Shown piece by piece: positions 14,758 to 35,135 of a DNA stretch of 64,000 nucleotides. This stretch comes from the human T2T-CHM13v2.0 reference genome, Homo sapiens, in NCBI RefSeq assembly GCF_009914755.1, contig NC_060947.1. One strand, 5' to 3'. The notes below the pieces were generated by a model that had not been told where the DNA came from, searched no databases, and saw only the letters and a program-made list of their open reading frames with translations. A program made the translations under genes and the position numbers. Each line of letters opens with the position of its first letter. The stretch's first letter is position 1.

Positions 14758-16789
14758 TGACATTTTGACACAGAATATTTTCCTCATTTGAAGGGGGATT
14801 AAGTGATTGCTTCTTTTTAAGGATAAATGTTTTCAACTGTCATTTTATCTTCGAAAAGTAATGTAATCTCATATAAGACTTAAGATATAATCCTTTTAAA
14901 TAATTTTGTCATGTGTTAATAAAGCTCATAATTACAGTCACTTCCTTGCCTAATATTAACATTTGGTTTTTCAGCATGCTAATTATATCAGTTTGTCCTG
15001 AATAGCATGGCAGAGGATTTTGGGCCCCCTTGCAAAATTAGGAATAAGGATTCCAAAGCGGGTGAGGAAGTGATAGGAAGGGGTGGGCCCTGAAGATCTG
15101 GACCTCCTGGAATTGAGTGATGAATGCTGCATCTTCTTTGTGTCTGTAGTGAAATTTTATAATGCCTGCTTCCTTTTTTATTAAGTCGGCCTCACCTCCT
15201 CACCTTACCTATGCTGTTTTACTTTTGCTTTTATAGTTCTACCTGTGTTTATTTCTCATTTTCGTTTCATCTCTCAACAACTCTGGGGTGGCATTATTAT
15301 TCCCACTTTTCAGATAAGGTTACTGAGGCATAGGGAATTGTCCAAAGGTACAGAGCTAGTCCGCTATAGAGATGAGATTTGAACCCAGGGAACCTGGCTC
15401 ACAGTTTATGCTTTTGCTACCTTAAGTTTTTAATAGAGTGACATCAAACAAACATTTAAGAATATGTTTTTCTTTTCCTTTTATAATTTCATTAAAAACA
15501 TTAAGTCTCTGATCAGTCTGCAGTTTTTATGTAGGGGTCAGGTAATGTTCTAACTTCTGCTTTTTCCTAAGTGATTAACAGGTTTTTATAAGCCCTTTTG
15601 AAAAAATCACGGTATCTGTCGAGCATCTTTGAATCAGAGTAAGCCTTCTAGTGAGTCATATGTCAGCAGTTTGACTGTATGGGCTTTTCTAATATCCAGT
15701 TCAAGTGTTTATCAGTGAGTTTTTCTTTTAAATAGATTTGGGACAGGTACTATGAGAGTATATAAGTGATACGTTATAGGACACTAACTAGTATCCTATG
15801 AAATGGCAAAAACTGCAATCACTTTTGCACCAACCAAATAGAAACTAATCAGTGCACTTGCTTATTTTTCTACATGCTCTTTAGGGTTTTAAATGTCAAC
15901 CTACTGTGGCATAGACTTTAATCCTCTGGGTATTCTTTTGTTGTTCTTTCCTGGTATATGCTGTGGAATTGAGATAGACTGGTTCGTGAGCGAGAGATTT
16001 TGTGTTGCCACAGGTAGGACATGCTCAAACAATACTTGGGTCATTTCTTGACCCAAGTCATCTATTCACCATAGTTTTGTAGCACCGATCTTGCATACAT
16101 TTCATGTATCTTCTTTGAACCCCACGTCAGTGCTGCTTATATGATACTCAGAAATTAAACACTAAGGAATAAGATTTTCAGGTAGGATTGAGTTTTGGAG
16201 GGTCACAAATCTTGTAATGTCTAATATTTCCACTCTCCCTGCTGAGAATTAGTTTTGGCTTCCTTGGAGGTGATATCGCCTCTGTTGAGTATAAGTGGCC
16301 TACTGTGATCACACCACTGCACTCCAGCCTGGGTGACAGAGTGAGACCCTGTCTCAGAAAAAAAAAAAAAAAAAAGAATGCATGGCCTAGATGACTTCTA
16401 AGGTTTTTCCCACCCAGTTCCAGTTTTCATGTTCTAGGCAGAGCAGTAAAGTGAGAAACACATGGACTTGGGAGTTTAGTCTCGCATTTCACTGCCACTT
16501 AATCTGAGCGACTATTCCATATTTAATCTCTCTGAATGTATTTACTCATCTTTAAAGGGGAATGATTATTAACATCTTTTTCTCAGGGAAACTATATGAG
16601 TCAAGGAGATAATATATTTGAAAATCTTTTTAACTGCAAAGCACTGTTTCACTGTTGGTTATAATGTGATTGATCTCATTGTAGTGAGCAGCTGCTTAAT
16701 TGCGTTTTAGAATGTAGGGAAGATAGTAATATTTTTCACATTATATATGTAGCTGGTTCTGGAACTGTAAACATACTCCTTTTTTATGG

Positions 16790-17530
16790 AGATCTGAGTC
16801 ACGTACCATAAAATTCACTCTTTTAAAGTTGTACAATCCAGTGGTTTTTGATATATTCAGAGTTGTGCATCTGCTACCACTATTTCATTTTGGAACCCAA
16901 AGAAACCTTGTACCCATTAGCAGTCATTCTCCCTTCTCCCAGCCCCTGGCAACTACTAATCTACTTTCTACAGAAAGTCCGTACAGATTTGTGTATTATG
17001 GACATTCCATATAAATGGACTCATGCAATATCCTGTCTTCTTTCACTTAGCATAGTGTTTTCAAGGTTCATCTAGGTTGGGGCATGTATCAGTACTTCAT
17101 CCCTTGTTTTGGCTGAATAATATTTCATTGTACAAATATATCACATTTTGCTTATCCATCTGTTGGTGAACATTTGAGTTTCTACCTGTTGGCTTTTATG
17201 AATAATGTTGATTTGAATGTTTGTGTACAAGTATGAATACCTGTTTTCAGGTCTCTTGAGTATATAGTTGCTAGGTCATATAGTAACTCTGTGTTTAACA
17301 TTTTGAGGAATTGCCCGACTATTTAACAAGGTATATGTACTGTTTTACACCAGTAACATATGAGGGTTCCAATATCTCCACATCCTTGACAACACTTGTT
17401 ACTGTCCTTTTTATTGTAGCCATCCTAGTGGCTATGATGTGGTATCTCATTGTGGTTTTGATTTGTGTTTCTCTGATGCTGATGATGTTGAACATGTTTT
17501 CATCTGCTTACTGGCCATTTACATATATCT
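16790..17530 (-). mobile_element. L1MB-like 3' end
   Basis: AAAATTCACTCTTTTAAAG...CAGCCCCTGGCAACTACTAATCTAC...GGTATCTCATTGTGGTTTTGATTTG. Confidence 0.75.
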
Positions 17531-17857
17531 TCTTAAGAACGGTTACCCATTTACAGTATGGAAAATGCTTCAGATGCAACTCTAGTCATGCCTTAGAGAT
17601 GGAGCTTTATTAAACATTCAGATCTCTAGGCATATGAAGTGCTGAGTTCTCTTGAACTCCTAATACAGATTGCACTGAGTTTAGTGATACCTTTTCTGGA
17701 GCATTCCTGAGTTCAGGTAGGGAGAAGGGTTTTTGCTGTGATTGGCTTGTTATGTTCTTTCTAAATGGAAATAGAATTGAAGTGTCTCCTCTCTCCATTT
17801 ATTGGAAGAGTCATGAGGGACATAATTAGATGATCCCTTGGAGTCTCCGGCTTAGGT

Positions 17858-18043
17858 CAGTGGTTATCTACTTAGGCTGCACATTGGAATCACCTGAGAG
17901 TTAAAAAACCAGGATAACCTCTGCCTGTGTCTCATCTCCAGCAATTCTGATGTAATTGGTCAGGGCTGTGGCCCGAGTAGGTGAGTTCTGGTTTTTTAAA
18001 GCTCCCAGGTGATTCTGATGTGCAATCCAGGTTGAGATCACTT
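17858..18043. mobile_element. MER5A-family element
   Basis: CAGTGGTT...TGCACATTGGAATCACCTG...CCCAGGTGATTCTGATG. Confidence 0.75.
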
Positions 18044-18294
18044 TGGGCCCTTTCCAGCTCTTTAAACATATATATTTATCTAGGAAGGTATGAAAGCATA
18101 AGTTTTCTTGAGACTGCCTTTAACATCTGTAAAGGCTTTCAAAGCAGCTTCTGTAGTTTTTTTTAAATGGCTGAATATTTTTCAACAGGCAGCATTTGGG
18201 TTATAAAATTAGCTTTTGGTAGAGTTGACTTATACCACCTCCAGCTTTTGTTCCAAAAATAAATACTGGTTCTTTTGGCACACTAGTTGTTTTA

Positions 18295-19120
<826 letters not shown>

Positions 19121-19548
19121 AATGTTGTGATAAAAGGTGATGCTCACCTCTCCCACACCCTTTTATAGTTTAGGGATTGTATTTCCAAGGTTTCTAGACT
19201 GAGAGCCCTTTTCATCTTTGCTCATTGACACTCTGTACCCATTAATCCTCCTTATTAGCTCCCCTTCAATGGACACATGGGTAGTCAGGGTGCAGGTCTC
19301 AGAACTGTCCTTCAGGTTCCAGGTGATCAACCAAGTGCCTTGTCTGTAGTGTCAACTCATTGCTGCCCCTTCCTAGTAATCCCCATAATTTAGCTCTCCA
19401 TTTCATAGTCTTTCCTTGGGTGTGTTAAAAGTGACCATGGTACACTCAGCACGGATGAAATGAAACAGTGTTTAGAAACGTCAGTCTTCTCTTTTGTAAT
19501 GCCCTGTAGTCTCTCTGTATGTTATATGTCACATTTTGTAATTAACAG

Positions 19549-19595
19549 CTTGCTGGTGAAAAGGACCCCACGAAGTGTTGGATATAAGCCAGACT
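19549..19595 (+). CDS. HPRT1: HPRT1 exon 7 (47 nt; LLVKRTPRSVGYKPD)
   Basis: taacag|CTTGCTGGTG...CCAGACT|gtaagt. Confidence 0.99.
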
Positions 19596-19756
19596 GTAAG
19601 TGAATTACTTTTTTTGTCAATCATTTAACCATCTTTAACCTAAAAGAGTTTTATGTGAAATGGCTTATAATTGCTTAGAGAATATTTGTAGAGAGGCACA
19701 TTTGCCAGTATTAGATTTAAAAGTGATGTTTTCTTTATCTAAATGATGAATTATGA

Positions 19757-19936
<180 letters not shown>

Positions 19937-20356
19937 TGAACAGACTGATGGTTCCCATTAGTCACATAAAGCTGTAGTCTAGTACAGACGTCCTTAGAAC
20001 TGGAACCTGGCCAGGCTAGGGTGACACTTCTTGTTGGCTGAAATAGTTGAACAGCTTTAATATACAATAATTGTTGCATTATTATTTCAGATGATAAATG
20101 TGGTCATAAGTAAGAAATAAATGATCGAGTTTAGTCTTTTAATTCACTGTCCTTTGAATACCTGCCTCTTACTCTGGAGGCAGAAGTCCCATGGATGTGT
20201 TTATGAACATGGTTGAGGAAGATTTAGGAAGACTGCAACAGTACACTACCTAAAGCAGGTTTTTTACTCCATCTTTTTTTGCCACGTACACTGGCCTCCC
20301 ACTTTGATATGCTTGAAATTATCTCCTTGATTTGTCTTTCAAAACTACATATTGAG

Positions 20357-21045
<689 letters not shown>

Positions 21046-21188
21046 TTACTGATCTAAAATACAGTAGTACTATCTCTGTTTAGTAAGAACCCTGACAACT
21101 AATAGTGTTCTTATATGTAAAATGCTATTCTTGCCTTTCATTTCAGAATATACTTTTTAAATGTGAATTTCTGGATTTTTTTTTATAG

Positions 21189-21236
21189 CATGTTTGTGTC
21201 ATTAGTGAAACTGGAAAAGCAAAATACAAAGCCTAA
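21189..21236 (+). CDS. HPRT1: HPRT1 exon 9 coding part (HVCVISETGKAKYKA*)
   Basis: ttatag|CATGTTTGT...AAAGCCTAA; exons 4-9 sum to 339 nt = 112 codons plus stop, in frame. Confidence 0.99.
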   Translation, partial: HVCVISETGKAKYKA

Positions 21237-21827
21237 GATGAGAGTTCAAGTTGAGTTTGGAAACATCTGGAGTCCTATTGACATCGCCAGTAAAATTATC
21301 AATGTTCTAGTTCTGTGGCCATCTGCTTAGTAGAGCTTTTTGCATGTATCTTCTAAGAATTTTATCTGTTTTGTACTTTAGAAATGTCAGTTGCTGCATT
21401 CCTAAACTGTTTATTTGCACTATGAGCCTATAGACTATCAGTTCCCTTTGGGCGGATTGTTGTTTAACTTGTAAATGAAAAAATTCTCTTAAACCACAGC
21501 ACTATTGAGTGAAACATTGAACTCATATCTGTAAGAAATAAAGAGAAGATATATTAGTTTTTTAATTGGTATTTTAATTTTTATATATGCAGGAAAGAAT
21601 AGAAGTGATTGAATATTGTTAATTATACCACCGTGTGTTAGAAAAGTAAGAAGCAGTCAATTTTCACATCAAAGACAGCATCTAAGAAGTTTTGTTCTGT
21701 CCTGGAATTATTTTAGTAGTGTTTCAGTAATGTTGACTGTATTTTCCAACTTGTTCAAATTATTACCAGTGAATCTTTGTCAGCAGTTCCCTTTTAAATG
21801 CAAATCAATAAATTCCCAAAAATTTAA
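21237..21827 (+). other. HPRT1: HPRT1 3' UTR
   Basis: Follows TAA; recognisable HPRT1 UTR; 3' end estimated ~15 nt after AATAAA. Confidence 0.9.
21807..21812 (+). terminator. HPRT1 main polyadenylation signal AATAAA (a second AATAAA lies at 21537-21542)
   Basis: Canonical hexamer at the recalled end of the HPRT1 mRNA. Confidence 0.85.
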
Positions 21828-22374
21828 CTGCTTTATGAATTCAATTTAAAAATCCTTAAAATAAGTCCTGTCTCTTTAAAAAAACCTATGCATAGTTATC
21901 ATTTCTCTACAAATTAACCTAGTTTAGTTTTCTGTTGGTTCCATTTTCCTTGTTTGTTAAGTTTTAGTAGCTAGTTTAATTGTAATCTCAATGATTATGT
22001 GGTAGAATGGGTTGGCGGAGCTACAAAAATTCCTAGCTACTTCAGAGACATTAAATTTCAGACACATGGTACACTTTATATTACATTTTACTATGCTAAA
22101 ATAACACGGCTTTCTTTTGGAATTCTGTTCAGTTTTTCAGATTGTAATCTCAGCTACATCTCAACAGATTGTTCTTAGATATGTCCTATTACCTTCTTTG
22201 TGTAGATAGTGCTTTATTGACTAAGAACAATGACAACAACACCTTTTGTTTTCTGGGAATAGGAGAAAAGTTTTAAGCCAAAACTCTTAATTGCTTATCT
22301 GCTCCACGTGAGGTATGAACTATCAAACTTAGGAGCCATCTAGCTTACACGTGTTCCTTAAAAAGTTTGCTGTA

Positions 22375-22707
<333 letters not shown>

Positions 22708-25442
22708 TCAAACTAAATAATTTTCTATAGTCCTAGAACTTCTTAGTTTACAAAACATTTTTACTTCTGTTATCTCATTTGATCTTCATACCCATGTAAG
22801 GTTGAGGTAGATGTTACCACATGTGAGTGCAATATCCAGAACTCCTGAATCCCCTTCTTCCCCTAAAATGTCAGCCCGCTGAGGTCCACTTGGCTACCCT
22901 CTTGAATACTGCATCCAGCTTCCCACTGCTGAACCTCTTTACTCTTTTTTTTTCAGTTGCACTTACCACCTTCTAGTAAGTTGAACCATATGAAATTACC
23001 ATTTTTGCAGGTAAAAAATGGCCGGTGATAGGCAGTTTGGCGTCGTATAACCCAATAACATGTTATATAATTTACCCACAAGTGGTGGGTTGCTATGTCC
23101 TGGAGGAGTCAGCTTCAGACTCTAGCTAAATGATTGTATAACCTTGCAGCTCTCCCCTAAGTGAGGAGGCAATGTTGAAAGTCCCATGTCTTATCAGAAC
23201 CAGGGAGGCAGATGAGAAACTGCCTTATGGCAGCTCCCACAACATAGGGAGGTGGGTGACAAATGGCCTTGGGACAGCTTCTTCCCAAGACTGGTTATGT
23301 TACAGTGTTCCTGGGAGGATCACATGGCATTCCTCCAAGATGGGTCAGACTGCTGTTGGCCTTGTCTGTGTGGCGTATGTGAAGACATTCATGGCAGAGC
23401 TGTTCCCTTAGAAGCATCTACTAAATTGATCTTTTCCTTTCTTACTTACTGTCTGTCTCCCTTAGTAGGCTGTCAGCTCCGTGAGTGCAGGACCTTGCCA
23501 GTCCTGGTCACTGCTATATCCCCAGCACCTACAAGAGTGCCTGGAAAATTGTAGTGCTCAATAAATATTTGTTGGATAAATGATAGAATGATAGGAAGTT
23601 AAAAAGCAATTAAAATACTTGAAAAGAAGCAAAACATTTTTCATGTTAAGCAAAAAAAAAAAAAAACTTATTAAGGATAGCTAACATGTATTGAATTCTA
23701 TATGCAATGGAATGATACTTAGCGCCTTTGAATCCTTATGATAACCCTATAAGGTAGGTTGTTTGGGTTTTTTTAATTGTCCCAACTTTACAGATGAAGA
23801 AGTGCAGGTCCAGAGAGGTCACATAATTTGCCCAGGATCACACAGCTAGTAAGTAGCAGATGAGGAATTTGAACCCAGGCAGTTGTATTCCACCATCTGC
23901 CCTCTTAGTTCATTGCCACTTAACCTATAATGCCCAGCTCTTGTGTAGAAATTAATACACTGATAACATAGAGGAAAACATTAAGCTCATTGAATGTAAT
24001 AAGTCCAGATGACTTGTACATTAAACACAGCTTTTTGAGGTCACAGCTGATCTCTAAGAATGTAAACTGATTTCCTCTGGCACTAAAAAGCATTTTCAAA
24101 GACTGTTAAGAGAGTTTCTCCAACATTCTCTTCAGATTTTTCTGCTGGCTTATTTTATGATTCTGTGGACAGCTTCAGACAAAATAACTTTCTGGTATGA
24201 AGGATTGTGTTTACTCTGCTTTTTTTTTTGTTGTTTTTTGGGTTTTTTGTTTTGTTTTGTTTTGTTTTTGAGACAGTGCCTTGCTCTGCTGCTGCCCAGG
24301 CTGAGTGCAATGGCATGATCTCGGCTCACTGCAACCTCTGCCTCCCTGGGCTCAGGCCAGGTGTATGCTACCACTCTCAGCTAATTTTTAATTTATTTTT
24401 TTAGAGATACGGTCCCACTCTGTTTCCCAGGCTGGTCTCAGAACTCCTGGGCTCAGACAGTCCCCCGCCATGGCCTCCCACAGTGCTGGGATTACAGGCA
24501 TCAGCCACCATGCTCAGCTTGTTCTGCCATTTTCAAATGTGAATTTTATAGACACTTTAAACCACTTGAAAGAGTGATGATGTTTTAATGATTTTCATTA
24601 TTATTTGCAACTTCAAGCATTAAACACTGCCAAATTAAGTTTCAAGTTTTCTCTTTACACAATATGGATGTACTTCATAATGGACTTCCTCATCATGATT
24701 AATGAGTGAAGTGACATTCAAACTTGGTAGCTTTTCAGTAGAACTTCCTTTCCCAACATTTTTTCTGTTCCTTTAATTATGGCAATATCTGAGAGCTCTG
24801 AACATAAGTCAAAGGTTTGATTATTTTTCATGTGGCTTCCTCTGCTTGGAACTTTCTGCCCCGCATCTTCCCGTTGCCCCCTGTGTCCTCTTGTCATGCC
24901 CCTACCCTTTTTTGAGTGTGTCTATTTTCTGGCACTACAAGACATAACAGGCTCATCTTGTGTTTTCCCTACCCTGACCCAGAATCAGCCATTACTTCAA
25001 GGAGCCCTGGTTCCATTATTGGAGAATACTATTAGAAACCAGGATCTGGTGCTAGGCATGCTCATTTCTATTGGAGTGTCATACAAACAATTTGTAAATT
25101 GTTTGTAGGTCCTCCCAGTGGATAGGATTAGGAAATAAAACATGCATACTAACCATGCATACACACACATCTACGTCTATTTCTGTATCTGTCTGTATAC
25201 ATATTAAAATAAACATGGGTTGATAACTAATGTTTCTGCTGTAATCCACAGCCTTCATCCTAGCCTGCCACTCTTCTTCTTTTTAGCTTTTTCAACAGTG
25301 GGAAATGTGGCTCTTGTTATGTACACTTTATTCACTTATTTGTTTGACCCTAGTATCATAAAGTAGTTCCGTATGCCTGTAACAGATCGACTAACTAGAG
25401 TCCATTATTTGCGGAAAGATCTTTTTGTCCGAAGCGTTACCG

Positions 25443-25648
25443 CAGGGGTGTCCAATCTTTTGGCTTCCCTGGGCCACACTAGAAAAAGAAGAATTGTCTT
25501 GGGCCACACGTAAAATACACTAACACTAACGATAGCTGATAAGCTAAAAAAAAAAAATCAAAAAAATTTCATGATGTTTTAAGAAAGTTTACTAATTTGT
25601 GTTGGGCCACGTTTAAAGCCATCCCGGGTCGCAGGTTGGACAAGCTTG
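25443..25648 (+). mobile_element. MER30 hAT MITE
   Basis: CAGGGGTGTCCAATCTTTTGG...GGTTGGACAAGCTTG; degenerate 8-bp TSD CGTTACCG/CCTTACAG. Confidence 0.85.
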
Positions 25649-26015
25649 CCTTACAGTATCCAGTCAAAATAATGTTTTCCAAAATTACTTCTTTTCTTTT
25701 TCATCCCTTTCAGTGTGGCCGTTATTTATAATGCAGTTTGGTTCATTAGTGTTTTTATTACAAATACACCCTCAGCCTTCATATCCTAGTTTTAATGAAT
25801 TATTACGGTGAAACATAATAAGAGTCAGAGCTATACAGAAAGGTCTACTCAGAGGTGCTTTGTTCCCTCCTATTCTGTTCCCACTACTCCTACTTTCCAC
25901 TGACCCTGTAAGCATCATATTTATTTTTAATGGCAGTTACATTTTTACCAAGTGCTTACTATCTGTAGGCACTTGGTGTGTATTGCTTCTTTTGGTGTTC
26001 ACAGCAACCTCTTGA

Positions 26016-26362
<347 letters not shown>

Positions 26363-28870
26363 ATTATCCCCATTTTTTAGATGAGAAAGCTGAATCCCAG
26401 AGAGCATAAGAAGCTTGTCCAGAGTGACATCTCTGATGCATAACCAGTACTCAAACCTATTTTTCTGACACCAAGGCCTGTGTGTAAACTGTAAAGGGGC
26501 TGCTTGGCACCTACTTTCCTAAAGTTGTCCTATCCCTTCTCTGTCTGGGTCTTCCTGAAGCTTGGCACTTCTGAAGTCACCTCTCTGAAAACATTCTGGT
26601 AACTGTTAAATCCCTTGTTCTAGCTATTCATGTGTTCTGTGTGGTTAAACAAGGTTCACAATGGGCCACCTGGCCTTTGGAACTTGGGTGAAGAGGCTGC
26701 CTTCAGTTGATCCTCCCCACTCCCATTTTCAAAACATGGGTTTACATGAGTTATTTGTGAATTAGGAAACATAACCATGTTTTGAGCCTTCATAGAAAAC
26801 AAACGTCTGGGGTCATACAGGTTAAAAGGAGTAACCAAATTCGGCACTATCATTGTTCTATTCAGTAGACAATTCTGGGGCCTTTCTGTGTCTCAGGTTC
26901 TGTACTAGTTGTTTCAGGACTTTGGGATAAATACAAACTATCCCTGCCCTCAGGGGGCTTAAGGTCAGGTGTACAAGTGACTCTAATGTGAGGCAAGGCT
27001 GGATTCAGTGCTGCATATCTAATGCTATGGGAATTCAAAGAGGAAGTGATCAGAATGAGAAGGGAGGGATGGATCATTCCAGGAGAAGCTTCAGGGAAAA
27101 GCAACATTTAAAATGAGACTTTTGAGAGTGAGGGAAATTTGGACAGGTGGATATAGAGGATGCAAGGCTAGAGGAAAGGTTTTAGCCAGAAAGTCTGCTT
27201 GGGCAAATGCCTGGGTAAAAAAAGAAAATCCACTTTGGGAGGACAAGGCGGGCAATCGCCTGAGGTCAGGAGTTCGAGACCAGCCTGGCCAACATGGTGA
27301 AACCCCGTCTCTACTAAAAATACAAAAATTAGCTGGGCGTGGTGGTGGGTGCCTGTAATCCCAGCTACTTGGAAGGCTGAGGCAGGAGAATCACTTGAAC
27401 CCAGGAGGCAGAGGTTTCAGTGAGCCGAGATTGCGCCACTGCACTCCAGCCTGGGCAACAAGAGTGAAACATCTAAAAAAAAAAAAAAGAAAATCACAGG
27501 GCAGTGTGGGGAATGGTGAGTATTCTAATTTGGTTGTGGCAGAGAGGATGTAGAAGGAAGTGATAAGAGAGAAAGCCGGATAGGAGGGCCTTTGTGCCAG
27601 TTAGGATGTTCTAGACTTCCAGCCAGGTTGCCCAGCTCAAACTGGCTTAAACAATGAGGGGGTTTATTGGCTATGTAATTGGGAAGTGCAGAGGTAGCTC
27701 AGGCCAGATCAGTTGGATCCACTGCTCCATTATGATGTCAAAGACCCATGCGATTTCCACCTCATTATTCTGCTGTCCATAGAGCCAACTTCATCCTAAG
27801 GCCAGTCCTTGTGGTCAGACAAGGGCTGCCAATAGTAATCTGGGTGCAAGTTTCTTTGAGAAAATCTTTCTGTGTCAACTCTCTTAAAAGGGGTGAAAAA
27901 TCTCTCCTTAAGTCCCACTGGCCAGAATGGGCCCATGCACCCATTTCTTAACCAGTCACTGGCAACTGGGGGTGGGATTGCCGTTTGCCCAATCAGGTCC
28001 ATTTCTGGAGCTAAGATTAAACTCCATTTCCCTTGGGACACATTGAACAGAATCAGAATTCGATGAAGAAGGAAGAAGCGGAGAATTGGTTTGGTGTTGG
28101 GTAGGCAACCAAAAATAACCTCTGTTGCCTCAAGTGCCAAGAAAGTGGTGTTTTGTGCTTGTTAGGGTAAAAATGGGGATCATGGAAAATATTTTAAGTT
28201 TCATAGACCAAAAAATATTCCAGTGTTTCATCAAATCTAAGAGGCTATCAATTATAAGATATACCATTATTTTATGTACCACCAAGGAAGAAAAAATGCT
28301 GCCAGTGAAGTTAGGATGTATTGCAGGTTGGGTTCTCTGGGAAGCAGGCTGAAAAGGAGGTGAGAATGCAGGACATTTATGGGAGAACACCCTTGGGATT
28401 AATACTGGAGGAGGAGAACCAAGCAGGGTTGGTGGGGCACAGGGAGAAGTTGGGATGCCATGCAGTCACAACAAAGGCCTCAGCCAACCCCACGGGGAGC
28501 TCGAGAAGCTGAGATGGCCCTTCAGTGTTGCCCTGCCTTGTGGTGAGTGAATTGGGTCTTCATATCCCCATGTTGACTGGTCATTGGATGTGGGCTCCCT
28601 TAGGAATGGGCATCTCTTCAGCAGAGGTAGCTTTCTTCAAAAGAGGTGATTCCAAAGAGTCACCCACTCACTGAGGGCTGTCTGCTGGCAGCATTCTCAG
28701 CCACTACTCAAAGATGACCTGTCCAGGAAGGGGAACCTAGGTGGCATGACACATTGTCTATTACAACATGCTACTGATTATAAGAGCCGGGAGGTGGGGG
28801 GCAACACAATGTCTGAGATATTAAAATGGAAGTCTCTTAGAAGAAATGGATAATTCTATAATTATAGTTA

Positions 28871-30049
<1,179 letters not shown>

Positions 30050-30929
30050 TTATGGATCTGGATGGAGGGAAATGGAATGTATAAAAGAAGTAAACATACA
30101 CAAGAAGATACAAATACAGAATAAAAGTAAAATGCAACCATCATCCCACTACCCCGATACCAGGGTATCCGTTTTTACATCTTTTCTTTCATTCTTTCTG
30201 TCTTTATATAATTGTATAAATGCTGCATAAACCTCCTCTTGCCTGCTGCCTCCTCAAAGACCTCCCTCCCTCCTTCACTGCCCTTCTGCTCCTGGAGAGC
30301 CACCCTCTCTCCATTTATCCTTCCTATCAGCTTCAGGTTCTTACCATGTTAACAAAAAGAAAATCTTATAAGCCTGTCACTCTCTACATACGCCGCACCT
30401 CCTTTCATTCATAGCCTTTAAAACATATATATAGCAGTTATTGTGGTTATTTTTCTGTTCACAAAATAAAAAAACACTCTTTCTAGAAAACTGGAATATA
30501 GAGGCAAGCTTTTTTTTTTTTTCAGACGGAGTTTCGTTCTGTCGCCCAGGCTGGAGTGCAGTAACGAAATTACAGCTTACTGTAACCTCTGCCTCCTGGG
30601 TTCAAGATATTCTCTTGCCTCAGCCTCCTGAGTAGCTGGGATTATAGGTGCCTGCCACCACACCCGGCTAATTTTTGTATTTTTAGTGGAAATGGGGTTT
30701 CGCCATGTTGGTCAGGCTGGTCTCGAACTCCTGACCTTGTGATCTGCCCATCTCGGCCTTCCAAAGTGCTGGGATTACAGGTGTGAGCCACTGCACCCTG
30801 CCGAGGCAAGATTTTTTTTTTTTTTTTTAAGAAAACCCAGTTATTCCATTACCCAATGAAACTCTAAACATGTTGATGTACATCCTTCCAAAATTTCTTT
30901 TTATGACAACATGCTTTTTATTTTTAATT

Positions 30930-31132
30930 ATTTTTATTTTATTTTAAGGTCCGGGGTACATGTGAAGGATGTGCAGGTTTGTTACATAGGTAAACGTGTG
31001 CCTTGGTGGTTTGCTGCACCTGTCAACCCATCACCTACGTATTAAGCCCCACATGCATTAGCTATTGATCCTGATGCTCTCTCTCCCTGCTGGCTCCCCA
31101 GCAGGCCCCGGTGTGTGTTGTTCCCCTCCCTG
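30930..31132 (-). mobile_element. 5'-truncated L1PA 3' end
   Basis: GGGGTACATGTG.AGGATGTGCAGGTTTGTTACATAGGTAAACGTGTG. Confidence 0.8.
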
Positions 31133-31554
31133 TTTATGAGAACACTTTCTTGACATAAAGATTTCATTTATTCCCATGGAATTCTAAAGGCTTTTCATAC
31201 TTGTGAAGGAATAATAGTTTAGAAATAAACTGAACTTTAAAAGATACCATTTTGAAAAATAATATACAGCCATCAAAAATTATATTTATGGGAACTATGC
31301 AATAATATTAAACTCTATCATCTGTTGACTGCCTCCTATATTCCAGAAACTTTACATACACCAATTCTAATCCTTACAAGAACGCTGTGTAGGCTTTAGC
31401 ATTAGATGGACCAGGTTTCACCAACTGTATGGTCTTGGATAAGTACCCAACCTCCTGTCCCTAAGTTTCCTCACCTGTGAAAACACGGTTTCTACCAGCT
31501 TTCAAATAAGATGATCAATATAAGGCACTTGGAACAGAGCCTGACACATCATAA

Positions 31555-32400
<846 letters not shown>

Positions 32401-33699
32401 AAATAAAATCACTTCTGAATGGTGGAAAGCACCACAAAGTTAGAGGTCAAGCAATAATTTGGAGAAAAGAATTAGTAATTTGTTGGACAGACAAAAGACT
32501 TTTTTAATATAACAAAAACTTTAAAAATTAAAAAAATACACATTCGAGGACATTTTCCTAAAAACACAGGCAAAGGACATAAACAGCAAAGCAAGAAGAC
32601 AGCTTGATGTGGCCATTTTATCCAGGGGGACATTTTGGTGAGCCCTATGGACACAGCTGCCATGATGCCAACAATGTGACAGCTGTCCCCTTCAAAATGC
32701 GTTAGCCCCAGCTCTTCCTCTCCCCCAACCTCCAGTCCAAAGGACTTGCACTTTCTACTTTACTCCTTTCTGCATTGTTTAATTTTCTTTTACAAATATG
32801 TTACTTGTCATCAGAAAAAATAAAGAAATAAATAAACTGTTAGAGTGTTAGCCCCTTAAAGGGGAGCAAGAATCACCTTTCTAAAAGAAAGTTTATGTTA
32901 AATATAATATTAGCATATGTGAATCCTGAGAGAAAAGTTAACAGTTTAGTTGAGTTATTTCCTCTGTAGTCTGGAGCTAAAAATAGGGAATCTTATTCTG
33001 TCCTAAATCTTTTCCTTCCTCCACCCAGTGTCTGTCTGGATCGAATTCATTCATTCACTCAGTAGGCACTCACTCAGCCAGGCATGGTGCTAGGCCTCAG
33101 GACCTCGCTGTGAACCAGAAACTGTCCCTACCCCCATGGTGCAGGCATTCTGCTTGGGAGTTGGAGGAGGAACAGGTAAAAAATAATTAAATATTCAGGT
33201 TAACGATATATTGTCAGGTTTGAGGATTGAGGAAAGGGCGCAGAGAGTGGCAAGGGCTGCTGTTTTAGATACAGTGGCCAGGAGGCCTCCGATGAGGTGA
33301 CCTTTGAGGAGAGACATGCAGGAGATGAGGGGACAGTGAAGAGGATTTCTAAGAACACTCCAGGCAGACAGAACAGCGACAGCCAAGGCCCTGAAGTGGG
33401 TAGGGGCCTGGTGTGTGTGAGGAACCTCAGGATTGCCATCATGGCTGGAGCAGAGACATGAAGCAAGAAGGCCATGGAGATGAGGGCAGGGAGATCCCGG
33501 AGTGGGGAGATCAGATGGGGCTCTGTGTATCATGCAAAGGACTTTGCATTCTGTTCCAAGAGCTGGGAAGGTTGACATAATTAGGAAAAAAGCCCAGAAA
33601 AGCAGAGGTATCCATTTTTCATGGTAAAGATGATAATTTCAATTAAAACACGATTCCTGGATATATGTAATTTGTAGGCCAAATGGTGCCCAATCCCTA

Positions 33700-35135
<1,436 letters not shown>

